Source: Selaginella moellendorffii
Lineage: Eukaryota; Plantae; Lycopodiophyta
NCBI RefSeq assembly: GCF_000143415.4
Contig: NW_003314396.1
Span: forward strand, 250,025 to 314,024
Direction: 5' to 3'
Length of the DNA stretch: 64,000 nt
Made by a program: the position numbers and the translations under genes. The notes beneath the pieces were generated by a model. The model ran no database searches. It saw only the letters and a list, made by a program, of their open reading frames with translations, and was not told the DNA's origin. Below, piece after piece: positions 36,886-50,035 of this stretch (within the stretch, counting starts at the first letter, position 1; each line of letters begins with the position of its first letter).

Positions 36886-38088
36886 TGGACCAAACGGGTA
36901 AAGGGAAGATGGTATGGATAGCGAAATGCAAGGCGGCATTTGTCCACCTCAAAGGGAAGTTGAGGAAGACCCCCGTGGTTGTGTTACCTGACTTTGGTAA
37001 TGACTTTAAGGTAGAAACAGATGCTTTGGACTTTGTGTTGAGCACAGTTTTGAAGCAAGACAACCATCCAATGGCGTTCTTCTCGAAAAAGTTGGATAAG
37101 GCTCAGCGAAAGTGGCCTGCCCACAAAAAGGAATTATTTGCGGTGGTCAAGGTGCTCAAGGAGTGATAACACTACCTTGGGAGGGACTTCAAAGTTTACA
37201 CGGATAATGTGGCAACAAAACACTTCTTGTCACAGCCCGACCTAAGATGGAAACAAAGTTAGTGGGCCAATGCTTTGGCTGAGTTCAATTGCAAGATTCT
37301 GTATAAACCTGGGAAGAGCAATATCGTGGCAGATGCTCTAAGTCGAAAGGCAAGCTTGAAGTTGGCAATATTTAGCGCAACAGCCACATTTTGGGATGAT
37401 GTGCGGACAATGTATGAGAACGATGGTCTAGCACAAGAAGTGTTGCTAAGGAACCAAGAAGCGCGAAAAGCTCACTAGAGAAGTGAACTGCCAACAGAAG
37501 AGAAAACAGGTTATATAGAACGCAATGGACTCATCTATTATAAACAACCAAAGGTTTATGTTTCAGAAGGGGAACTAAGGAAGGTAGCCTTAGAAAAGTG
37601 TTATGATAGACCTCTTGCAGGACACGGCAGAGTGCCCAAGATGATGGGCTTACTCAAGAGGACATATCACTAGCCAGATATGGCTAAGGACGTCCAAGAC
37701 TATGTAAAGACATGTCCAACATATCAGCAAGTCAAAGCCGTGACTAAGGTTAGTGGGGGCTTGTTACAAGGCATCCCAATTTCAAATCGTCTATGGAAAT
37801 GTCTTATGATAGACTTCATCACGAGACTCCCCCCAAGTGAGGGGTTTGATGCAATATTTGTGGTGGTGGACCGATTTTCAAAGATGGCACATTTGATACC
37901 CACCACAATGGAAGTGGATGCGGAAGGTGTGGCGAAGCTGTTCTTTGAACAAGTGGTTCGAGTGTGGGGAAGGCTAGAAGAGATTATCTCAGATCCAGAT
38001 AAGATCTTCACCAGTAGGTTTTGGAGAACTTTCCTAGAACAGCATCACACCAAGTTGAAATTTAGCACAGCCTATCACCCACATATAG

Positions 38089-38135
38089 GTATTGGGTATT
38101 AAGTCAAGTTTGATAGCACTAACACTTCTTGACAG
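38089..38135 (+). other. 47-bp GT-AG intron in the integrase catalytic core
   Basis: atag|GTATTG...CACTAAC ACTTCTTGACAG|acagacaaacggaaagg; splicing gives STAYHPHIDRQTERVN (cf. STAYHPQTDGQTERVN). Confidence 0.75.
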
Positions 38136-38553
38136 ACAGACAAACGGAAAGGGTGAATATGCAGCTGGAGGATTATTTGCGATTCTATGTCTCGAGAGAC
38201 CAAACTGATTGGGTAAGTCATTTGGGACTTGCGGAAATGTGCTATAACAATTCACCACACTTGAGTATCAGGATGAGTCCATAGGAAATCATCAATGGGC
38301 AAGCTATTGAAGGTCCTGTGGAACTCAGTGTGGCCGAGTATCGTGGAGAGTTACCCGCAGTGGAAGCTTTCATGGCAGAAAGACTCAACATATGGATTTT
38401 AGTGAGGGATTCCTTGAAACGGGCTCAACAAAGGCAAACCAAGTATGTGAACCAGAAGCGCCGGGACGTAGAGTTCAACACTAGGGAAAAGGTGTGGCTG
38501 AACACTAAGAACCTAAAGCTACCAAATGGGATCAACCAGAAGTTGACCCAAAG

Positions 38554-38604
38554 GTAAAGTGCATGTATTCCTAGAAATGAAATGATCTTGAGTTCTTTAA
38601 GCAG
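38554..38604 (+). other. 51-bp GT-AG intron before the integrase GPY/F motif
   Basis: caaag|GTAAAG...TTTAAGCAG|gttcgcggggccttac gives KLTQRFAGPYEI. Confidence 0.78.
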
Positions 38605-39509
38605 GTTCGCGGGGCCTTACGAAATTAAGGCAAGAATCGGTAAAGTAGCTTACCGCCTCCGACTTCCTCGAGAGATGTCACATCCTTATTGCTTGCTCTT
38701 GCACATATTGAGGATGGCCTCGACTTCGTATTCCTTTTCCCCTTGGATAACCTTAGGTAAAGGTCTCATTTGGTCCTTGCGAAGCGGATCCTCAAAGTAC
38801 GGCTTGAGTAAGTTCACATGGAACACTGGGTGCATCTTCCCTAGATTTCTTGAGTGATCTTCCGAGTTCTAGAGGCTTCAACAGCATTTTAGTTGTGGTG
38901 GATCACTTCACAAAGATGGCGCACTTCCTGCCGTGTACCAAGGAGTTTTCTGGCGATGACATGGGGTGAGGGAGTTCCATGTGAAGTGAAAAGCATTTCC
39001 ACACTGCGAAGCAACATAGGAACCGGAGGAGAACCTAACAAACACGCAAAATCTATTGAAGGAATTTTTACAAAGTAAAACTCTATGTACTTATGCAAAG
39101 TTCAATTAAAAGTATCAATTGGTGAAGTTGAGCAATGGCATATGTTGGGACCTGAAGGCGTGCCGAAGGTAAGCTAATTAGCATTTAGCTAGGTCGATCA
39201 GGTGTAGAGAACTACACCTGACTCCCCGCGGGGATGTCAAATCCGTAGACATATTCTATAGAGGTTGGGTTTGAGTCCCAACCCCCTAGTAAAGCAAGGC
39301 TGGGTTCAAGTCCCGACCCCATATTAAAGCATGGTGAGGTGAGGGGTATAGGGACACCTATATTTTGTTGTCATTGGCTCTTGGCCAGGGAGGCTAACTT
39401 AGGCACACCGCTAAGTGGGGGGATGCCCCCAGAGACATGGTCAACAAGTCATAGTATTAAAAAGAGACATTCGATATGGGCATGAAACTTCTTCTATGGG
39501 TGGTGGAGT

Positions 39510-40307
39510 TGTAAGAAACCAACTCCCCAAGGTGTTGTAAGCTAAAAGGATCCCCGAAAGCATGACCAAAATGATAAAGAGTTCATCAGATGGGACTGAG
39601 TCTGAGATCGAGTCTAAGACCATCTCTAAGACCGAGTTTGAGATAGGGTCCGGGATCGAGTCCGAGGCTGACTCTGAGACCGAGTTCGAGACCGAGTTCG
39701 AGAGAGTGCGAGATTCGAGATTGGGTCCGAGACTGAGTACGAGGTCGAGTTCGAGGTCGAGACTGAGTTCAAGATCAAGCTCGGGAGCTAACTCTGGTGC
39801 TTCCAGCTCATGTGGTGTGGTGCGCTACTTGAGTACCTTGAGGCTTATTAGTCCTCGCCCTTCCTAGGGGCTTCGGGATGGAAGTGGGAGGGTAGAGGTA
39901 GCCATACTGGGCCATTAGGCCACGGGGTTTCCTCCCGACGTCCCAAAGCAAGTGTTGCACCCAAGGCTTGGGATTTAGAGGGTTTCATGATCAAGCCTTG
40001 TTATACCAAGGGATGTTAGAAACCTGGAGGCTTGGTGTGCTTGGCTACTTGTGCCTGCAGAGAGTGTAGCTGAACCTTAAATCCAGACTAACTCAAGGAG
40101 GGGTATTGGGAGAGATTTGGGAATCTGTGTATGGATGGCTAATGCTCTGTTGCTCATGTAGTGAGTAGCTAAAACCAAGTAAGACCAAGTAGGAGCTAGT
40201 GCAATAGGTGGGAACGTTGGCAAAGGAACTTAGCAAAGGCCAAGGCAGTGTTGGTCGGATAAACAAGGTAAGCTAGCAAATTGGAAAGGAAAAATTTGTG
40301 GCTTACA
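39510..40307 (+). mobile_element. 3' LTR of family B (with internal deletions)
   Basis: PPT upstream; ends GGCTTACA; followed by TSD GTTAC at 40308-40312. Confidence 0.85.
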
Positions 40308-40312
40308 GTTAC

Positions 40313-41437
40313 CTGTCAACTAATCCTTTCAGATATTCTTTCCTTACTACCATAACGACAAGAGGTTGGTATTGCTGGACCCGTTATCAGTTCCCACTTG
40401 AGCTAGTTGAGAAACTGGTCAATAACTATGCACTTAAATTGGATAAACATAAGGTAGGAACCTTATGTGTTTTTTGTTGAGCATACTTGGCCTGGTTTGA
40501 GAAATTTGTGTCATTGGCTTGCACTTGCTAATATCAAGAACCCCTGCGATATTGAGATTGGTCCCTCAATATTTGCTAAATGATAGCTTACCATGTTTGC
40601 CAAACACCCTTGCTATCATGCCCTTTGTGTTAGTTTCATTTCAGTCCCAAATGCTATTTACGGAAAGTGTCTAGATTTGCTCATTTGGCATATCTACAGA
40701 ATGTAGGGACTATCCTGAATACAATAGTATTTGTCCCATGTCCAAATTCACAATCTAGAGACATTCCATATTTAGTAAGTTTCAAGCTTATCCCAGAGAC
40801 TAACTCCTAATACTAAAAGAGGCTTGGGGTGAAAGCCCAAAGCGTGTGTTCCTCAAGGGGGCAAGGGGGCTATAAGGGGTTCCAAATGTATAGTAGGGAT
40901 AGTGGGTAGGTCAGGTATAGCCAACTAACTTGAGGCATAGTCTAGCTCCCGCTTGCGTGCTTATCCTTGTTTTACGTCTGGCTTGAGTCTAAGCCCAAGT
41001 TCCATACCATGCTAGCTGGTGAAGTATTTATATCTTCACATTAGACCATTGATATGCTGAAATATGGCCAGACTCTATTTAGCTCTGTTTTGCATGCTGG
41101 TCCTGACATTGGGATGTTGAATGCTCTAAGACTATTCGAAGTCGCTCTATACTCCTGTCCCTTCGCTCCTTGGGCCGTATGCTCAAGAGTCATTCTGTGC
41201 TTTAATGCCATTGTTCCTTGGCTCCATGCTTGGAAATTTGGCACCGTTCCTTCGTTCAGTGGCCCAAGGCTTTAAAACTCAGGTTTTGCACCACTGTCCT
41301 TTGGACATGTGGCATGTGGCACGTGGCATATGGTACGTGGCATATGACACGTGACACATAAAGGGTTTAGGTTCCACTTCATAGTTATCCTATGGAAAAT
41401 CACCATAGGATAAAGAGTAAAAACCACATGTGCTACA
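40313..41437 (+). repeat. Remainder of an older family C LTR
   Basis: Diverged homologue of 11273-12387. Confidence 0.85.
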
Positions 41438-43730
41438 ATAGTGGAGAAGTTTACAAATAAGTATCACCAATTCCAAAAATATAAGGTAGGAGATCTTGTA
41501 TTTATGTGAGCTAAAGATCTTTCTTTCCAATGAGTGGCAAAACACCTTAATGTCTTTATGGGTAGGAAGGGTGATAAACTTTCTCACAGATATGCTAGTC
41601 TATATAACATATTAGAGCATATTTATAAGGTAGCTTATTAGATGTAATTTTCAATTGAGGTAATGATTCATATAATATTTTATATCAGCCAGTTGAAATA
41701 TGTGCCATCTTGGGGTGAAGGTTCTAGTGACTCCTTGATGTATATGGTTATAAATGATGGATCAAAATCTTGAGTAAAGTTACCAAAACAATATGATAGC
41801 TAGTTGAACTTATCCTTAGGACAAGGATTTTGTTAAGGGGGAAGATAAATTGTTAGGCACCAAATTTGACCATGAATTAAAAGTTAGCTCAAATGTATAT
41901 TAAGGCATAGAGGCTTAACTTACCCTAAGGGTTTATAGTAGTGGTGGTGTAGTGGAGCTATTGAAATAGCTCGAGGGTGATTGGGTGGTGAGGAACTTTA
42001 ACATAGTCTAAGCAAGGTTAGGCTTTTTTATCTTTGTTGTTTAATGCTAGATTATAACATCCCAGCCATCCTCAAGCCACTCTACTCCATTACTCATATC
42101 CCTCCTTAGGATTAAATTGACTTGCTAATCCTATACTTAGCTTTAAACCCCAACCATCCTTGAGGCACTCTACTCCATTACCTTTAAATTAATTAGGGTT
42201 AATTGACTTGTTAATCCTATACTTAGATTGTAAATGAGATTATGGTGTTATGAACTTGAATTTAAACTTACCAAAAGGCTACTTAAAATAGTATTATTTA
42301 AACCTAAGGACGCTTAACCCCAAGTAACCTAAAACTGTTAAACAATTGGAAAAGGAAGTGCACTAAACTCTTTCCCTTTATATTTAAGCTTTCATGGATC
42401 ATCTCTCAAGTCATTTTCTTTAATTCCTTACACTTAGTGCATAAATTGCACAATGTGTATTAATGTGGATCTTAAGGAGATTGAGGTTGTACTTTCTTTG
42501 TTTATCTATAGAATACTATGGAAGGCTAAAGGATAGCCATAGGTTATGTTAGAAATCTATAATTAAGATTTTAGGGGTAATACTTTAGGACCTCAAAGGG
42601 AAAGCTAGTTTGGTATATGGTTTGTGGTTGAGATGTGTAATGAGTAGCCTATAGTTTAGTTTAATAATAGGTTTGGAAGAGGAAATATTATTTGGATTTG
42701 AGAGAATGTAGGGTTTAAACCAAAACTTAGACATTTTCTTTACTTTTCTTTTTGACAAGTGAAATAGAAAGAATATATTATTTGCATCAGTTGCATATTC
42801 ATAATTAGTTTTAGAAATTTATCATATTTAAAACTAGTAGCCCATGGACTTCAATCTGAATAAGAAAATTGTCTTGAGACTCTAACCAAAAGCATTCTTT
42901 AATATTAATAGAAATGAGAATTATGATCCAAATTTAGGACCCATAAGAAGGAATCTATTATCTATCTATTCTATCTTTGCAACTAAAGTAAAGAGCTGAA
43001 AACTCTTACTTGAAGCTCAACTATTTTCAAAATATGGCTTTTCATGCTTTTTCTATGGTTATAACCCAACACAAAACAACAACGATAAAAGTGTCTAGCC
43101 TCACCTAAACTATGATATACTTCCTTACCACCCAACCACCCCCAAACTACCTTAAAAACTCCACCCCACCACCACTGTCATGAGCATCTAGGGTAAGTTA
43201 AGTATCCTTAACCCTAAGACATTTGACCCATGTTAACATGTGGTCAAAACTGGTGCATAACAATTCTTCTTCTAACAAAGTCCTTGTCTAAGGATGAGTT
43301 GTACTAATGGTCAAGGAACTCTGCTCAAGCTTTTGGGCTATCATCCACAACCTTATACATCAAGGAGTTACTAGACCATTCACTCCAAGATAATATACCT
43401 TTCAATTGATAAACATAAAATAGATGAATCCAATAGAAGCTTGTTAATATAAAGCAAATGAACATCCTCCTGAAGGTGGAAATGTCCCAAAGAAGGTGGT
43501 AGAGCTGCAACACTTGGATCAATGTAGTACTTACAAAATATATAGCAATAAAAACATAAGGACTTTATTGGGAAGAGAGTGTTCACTTGAGAACACAATC
43601 AACTTGATTGCAAAGACCGGATTCAATATGGGAATATCTTCTCCATAATTTCTTATGATCAAGCTATCAATGCCCATGGTTGATAGAGCTTATGAAACTG
43701 TAATGTAGCTCTTATATTCCTCAACCAAGA

Positions 43731-43770
43731 GCTCTCTCTCTCTCTCTCTGTCTGTCTCTCTCTCTCTGTG

Positions 43771-43829
<59 letters not shown>

Positions 43830-43830
43830 C
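43731..43830 (+). repeat. Compound microsatellite (CT)n(GT)n(GA)n
   Basis: Seen directly. Confidence 0.95.
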
Positions 43831-44279
43831 TTGCAGCTCAAAATGTGCCTGATTGCCTTAAAAAATTTCACTTGATTTAGAGTGTCATTATAATCAAAAT
43901 TGAAGCATTGCCACCCTTTTGGCACATGATCTATGCTGTCTCTTTGAAGTTTTTAAACTTTTAACCATTAGACCAAAAGTATATTCCTAGCTAAAAAAGG
44001 AATATATGCTGTCTAAATGCTAGATAAAAATAGTAGATTTAGATAAGTGAGTATGATATGAGTATGATGATGATGATTCTACAGAAGTTGTCATCTATAA
44101 AGGAGAAAACTTGTCACATTCAATCCATACCTATATCAAAATCCTACCTTCTGCATCAAAACTTTTATTCACCAACTATATGTAGGCATTACTCTAGCAT
44201 AACCTATATTGAGCACATGGAACTTTATAAGTGTAAACTTTCAAGAATTTTGACTTATAAATGTAATAATTGTTGGATT

Positions 44280-44480
44280 CGGGGTGAGAAGATTTCTAGC
44301 TGCACATGGGCAAAGATTTATAGTGAGCAGCACAGCACATATGGGTGAAGATTTCTAGTGAGCAGCACAGCACATATGGGTGAAGATTTCTAGTGAGCGG
44401 CATAGCCCACATGGGCAAAGATTTCCAGCGGTGGTGTGGGTGTAACAGTACAGCACACACAGTTGAAGATTTCTGGAGGT
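44280..44480 (+). repeat. Imperfect tandem repeat, unit about 35 bp (GAAGATTTCTAGTGAGCAGCACAGCACATATGGGT)
   Basis: Four to six visible copies. Confidence 0.75.
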
Positions 44481-46666
44481 GGTGTGGGTGGTGTTGAGTG
44501 GCATGGACTAGGATTGTGTGGTGGCAGGGAGCTAGTAGAGGAGCGGTGCTGCACTAGTGGGCAGCAGTGCACAGTATGGTGGGAGGTGGGAGGAGTGGTG
44601 GTGGGTTTCCTGATCGTGGTGGTGGGAGGATTGGTTGTGAGAGTGGCAGTATGGCAGAGGAATGTGGCAATGGTGGTAGCAGAAGACAATGAAGTTGGTG
44701 AGTCTGAGGAAGATAAGGCAAGAGAAGCAGGGGAAGATGATGGCATAGTCGATAAGGATATTGAAGTCAAGCAACTTCTTATGGTGCTAGGTGAAGCTAG
44801 ATGAAACTCAGGTTCCAATTATGAAGCAGAAGAGGTTATTCAAGCTCAACTTCCAAAGCTATGCAAGTGCTCTTGACAAGCTTTACGAGCTCAAGATCAA
44901 GGCTAAGATACCATGTGTGTGGAATGGTTTCTTGAAGCTCTACAAGGAAAAGGGTATGGCTTTACCTGATAGATGGCATATGTGTTTGGGAACTGCTCAA
45001 CATCCACATCATCCAATTTCTCACCCTCCAGCTGCTGAAGATCCTCTGAGGCGATGTTTCTCTTCAAGCCATCCAGGTAAGCTATCACTCTTGATGTCCT
45101 AACTATTTGATGAATTCAACAAGGTGTGAGAACCAACTTGAAAAAGGCATTGACTGGTTCCATGTACCATTAATGCAAGAGCTTTGTCATCTTTACATGA
45201 CAGGATCCTCACTACACTATGCTTACATTCCTCCTGAGCTTTAGCATTTGCAAAGTGATATAAGTTTTTTACTTTTTGGAGAGTAGAAAGTCTTGTTTTC
45301 TTAGTTCTAGGTGGATGGTGCTGTTTCAACTCGAGCAATATTTGCTTCCAGACTGGTGATCATGTTGCTCAAGCAAAAATGAGACTTGCCAAAAGTTGTG
45401 GCAGAAACTTCAGTTGGAGGTCTAAGCCTGAGTTTGCGCTCAGAGGCACACAGTACACGTATGGCAACAATGGGGTGTTTTTTTTTCTCTTTACATCTCT
45501 TTGAAGTGCTTTTCTGGTGATTATACATTCAAGCACTTTGCTAGGGCATATGCCCCTTTCACTTGGTAACCTTAGGTTCTTAGTGTTCAGCCACACCTTA
45601 TCCCTAGGTTGGAACTTTAGTTTAAAACCACTACACTGGTCTGTTGATCAGTTTGAAATCATCTATGATGGCTGATTGAGTGATTTGGAGTGTCACTCAT
45701 ATCTATTTTAAGCTGTGGTGGCTTGTTTTTGTGACAAGGGAGGGATGGTGAAGGAGAAGCGAAAGCCAAGTATGTTGAAGAGCTCATCATGCTGAACATA
45801 TGCTATCTGTGTGTGGCAGAAAAAATAAAAAGAAAACGAAGATGGATCAGCTCTGTGGAGCATCACCGTGATCCACGTATATGTATAGGGTTAGGTCATA
45901 TGAGTACGCCCTGTGTTGGTGATTGTTTACGTTTTCCCCTTATAGTTCCATCAAGCTTTGCTAGATAGAGAGAAAGAACATACCTTAAGCCTTGAGTGCG
46001 TCAAGGAAGCTCTAGGACTCCAGTGAGATATTCTTCACGTTGTTGCATCCTCCTAAAGCATAAATTAATTGAAAGGTCTTTGAGGCTTCAGCTGGCGGCC
46101 AGATAAAAATGCGAGATTCATACACAGTAATAATAACAAACGCGTCAACCAATAGCAGCATTGTGAGCAGCAGGAGGAAGATGGTCGTGGAGTGGTCACA
46201 CGGAGGAGAGCACTTATGCTGAGGTCCTGCCATAAGATCGCACTGCCCTATTACCGAGACATAAGAAACGACATCACTTTCTAACATGTTGGCATATTAC
46301 CTCTTATCTTTCAGCCGTTGACTAGATTTGACCGTACACCTCAGATACCAAATTCCCTTACAGGAATGATGATGGTCACGGATGTAAAATAGGCGACCAC
46401 CTCAGTTGTTTGTTGGAGTGTGCTAGACGTTTCTGTAGGTGAATGTCCATTTATATAATGTGTGGAGCATGATATAAATTGATTGGCACCTATGAAACTT
46501 GATGGGCATGCCATTCCCACTCTTTCTTTAATGTAAGAATACATTTTCTTAATGCAATGTACCATCATAAAGCTTCAATCTATGTCAATATCAGCTAATT
46601 CGATTTCTTCAAGTTTACCAAGGCCTTTCATGTTCTGCATATTTTTACTTTAAAGAGTGTAAAATT

Positions 46667-49526
46667 TCAGTAGGCTACCTCAAGGTATTGGTGAGGCTCG
46701 TCTAAGCTAGTAGAACCCAAAATGACTTCCCGTCTTAATTTTAAAGTTAGCTTGTGCATAGCTTTTAGCTGTTGATCAGAAGGTTTAGTCGTTGCCTTGA
46801 AATATAAGACACAGACCTCCACTCTAGTTGTACCTCCAATAATAAACACGAAGATTCTTTTGCCTTCAACGTTGGCACTTGATGCCGTCTCACTGACAAA
46901 ACATCTTTAGTTCATCGATTATCATAATCCGACATTTACCTTCCAGGGTTATCATCTGTTGCGTTTTTTGTTGCCCATGTAGACTTCCTTGTACGCATGG
47001 ACTGTGGAACCTTATGACTGGTAGCAGGTGTAGAAGTGTTTCGCATGGATATAGGAACGGGCTCTTTAACAAATGGAAAATCTTCTTTTGATAGCTCTCC
47101 CTTGTGGAGCGCCCCAACGATGTCCTAAAATTCATCAAGGATTTCTAAAGCTCTTAACTTGCCTGGCCATTACCTCAATCACGGGGTAGAAACGAGAAAA
47201 ATCCCAAGTATCAATGTCCTCTTTTTTTTCTTTTCTTGATGGTGCCTACCATTGAGATATCGCCCAAGAAACACAAAATGCAAAATATGTTTGGGATACC
47301 TTACGACTTGATTTGAAAAAGCCGCCAGAGTGTTTATCTAATAGAGGGACACCGAGAAATCGTAGATTGTTAATAATATTCATGTCAGTTTCTCCCAGTT
47401 TAGCTAGCTGCACGAGTTAACCATGAAATTTTTGCAGAAACCAAATAAGAGCGACCTTCATCCACTGTTGACGCTTGATGGCATCCAGTTTATCAGGATG
47501 TGCACTCGCATATATAAGCAGCAACCGTAGTTTGTTTTCCAGAGACATATCCTGTAGGCAGAAATTTAATAAACAGTAGATCACATGAGAACTAACCGGC
47601 TTGATGTTGAAGAGTCTGACTAGCTCTTTACTTGATCCTCCTCCAAAGGCAAAATCTTGTTCCAGAGCGGCTATGTCGCTAAGCGATTGTTCAGATATTT
47701 TTTCGTTCAACACGGTTGCAATCTGTGTGGTACATACAGTATATTCAAGTGGCTGAACATAAAAAAAAAAATGAAGAAAATAGTACCTGAATATGAAGAC
47801 TTAACTTGTCGAGTTGCTCACGAAATTGAGGTAGAGCCTGGACCAGCTTTTGCATGTCTCTTGTCGATATATCCTGACCCTCCCTATTAACGTACACAGT
47901 CATTCATCCAGGTGTCTTCGAGAATATAAACGTACTTTGCACCCAGACGAATTTGTGCCGCCTTATTCTTTGAACCAAACTGATTCATCTTGTCAGTTAA
48001 TTTCAAATTTGCCTGTAGAGCTAGAGAGTTTAGGACAAGACCAGAAGATTTTTTAAGAACCTCTGCAATGTGTAGATGACGCAGTTCAACCCAAATTGGA
48101 TCATGCTCTTCAAGAAGCACTTCTTTCCGTTCCAACTTGTCTCCAGTTGTTATCTTCAGAAAAGAAAAGCGCTTCAGGGCAGAAGGCAAGAACTATAATC
48201 CTCACCTCATAAACGTATTTGTTGCCTTCGATGCCTAGAAGATCATGGCACATAGCATCATACGTCCACTCATGTATAAATGGCGCAACCTAAACGACTC
48301 ATGGAAAATGGTGGTCCTAACGTTGCATCTTACCGTATCAACACTTCGATCAAGAATTAAGAGGTCGCAAGTTTCGGATTTGGGAAAGTCAGCAAGAGCT
48401 GATTTGTACTTTGCTAATCTTTCTGAAAGTACTGCAGCAACCTTAGCAGAAAGCAAATTACGTGCGGCTGGAAGTTCATCTTCTGAACTCTGAGCATTAG
48501 GGGCTCTAAATCGCACACTAGGATACTCCTAAAAGTAAAGTCATCAAACAAAAGAGCATAGACTCGGACTTACTAACCTTTAGGGATACAAAAACAGTAG
48601 CTAGGCGGGTACCTATCGTGTCGATCATGGCTTCATAATCTGAAGAGGTATCGCTATTCTCCCCAAAAAGTTGTTCCAAAGCCATGGCATTATCAGTTAC
48701 AAATCCCTATATATAAACTTCATTACGTTGACACAAACAATCAGGAAGACCACCTGTGAATCGATGGTTATATACTCCAAGTTCATCTGTTGTCGTGACA
48801 ATGAAAATCCATACAATTAGTTATAAGCTACCTCTTTAAGTGCTGCAAGGCGTTGAATCACTGTTTTCTCGCTTTTGATAATATTGAGGAGATCTGGCGT
48901 AAGAGATGAACTTAAGAAGATGTAAGCCCTGAAACCACCAGTTCTCTCTGAGATCAAGCCAAATCGCTTAAAGATTAGCTGGTCACCTCTTATATAAAGG
49001 AAACTTTCCTGACATATCGCTGATGATTTTGGTAATGCTGGCACACAACCAGTTTTGAAAATGTGGATGCACTTCTCTACAATACCTCTCGTTTGTAGCT
49101 CTTACAAAGTACACCGCTTCAAGAGTTGGCATTGGTTGCCTTTTCTTGTTCAGATCCTCAACCACTGCGAGAAGAAATTTAGTAATGCTTTGCCAGCTAG
49201 AATGTATGCGCACATGAGATGCCTTCATCGGTTATATCGGCCATCTTACACGAAGATGACATGACTCTGACAGTCAGCTCATCGATGACAAGAACCTGAT
49301 AATGAAGGTACAAATACGAAACCAAGCAAAATCAGAAAGAACCTTCCAATCGTTTGGGCTGTCACCACTCTTGACGCTGTGAAGCATCTCCTTTAGCAGT
49401 CCTGAAGTACCTCAACAAGTCGACCTGTAAAACATAAATTTCAAACAAAATGTACTCACGCTCCCGTGTTGAATGGCGGAAAGACTTGTAAGGAGCTCTT
49501 GCTGACGGTCCACTACCTTCTGCCAT
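46667..49526 (-). CDS. SEC1/Munc18 (SM) family SNARE-interacting protein, KEULE/SEC1-like; many exons with very short introns (3' end approximate)
   Basis: Spliced reading MAEGSGPS...[13 protein letters not shown]...[10 protein letters not shown]...KMADITDEG; [19 protein letters not shown]; [13 protein letters not shown]; [15 protein letters not shown]; [10 protein letters not shown]; RIFVFIIGG...[13 protein letters not shown]. Confidence 0.92.
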
Positions 49527-49662
49527 GGAAAGTAAGAGGAAAACCCTAATCTCTTGACACCGACAGCACATTAGAAGAATATGTTTCGTTGCCACTTGGC
49601 AATGTCCAGCGAGATTTGAAGTGCCGCGGCAGAAATGACGGTGCGATAGAATGTTTAAGAGT

Positions 49663-49825
<163 letters not shown>

Positions 49826-50035
49826 TTTAGCTCCTGCAAGACCATGGGTTCCAAAAGAACAAACTTACTTGGATGCATACAAGAGGCGGATGTACAAACC
49901 TTACTACATGAAGCCGAAGTTTGACGTTTCAGAAGCACGCGGGTTCATGGAAACCTTTGAGACACATGAACCCCAGGTAACTCTTTGAGCTAGCATGCTT
50001 TACCTTGCAAACCTGCATATCTATTCTTTTCAGTT

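Larger units (their letters stand above)
36890..39110 (+). pseudogene. pol: Family B pol remnant: RNase H, integrase with two introns, rearranged chromodomain
   Basis: ETDALDFVLSTVLKQ; YKPGKSNIVADALSR; MIDFITRLP...VVVDRFSKMAHLIP; EEIISD; FSTAYHP; FAGPYEI. Confidence 0.92.

Noticed and set aside
44390-45100. Pro/Thr-rich ORFs as a gene
   Set aside because: Low complexity and fragmented, with no recognisable domain.
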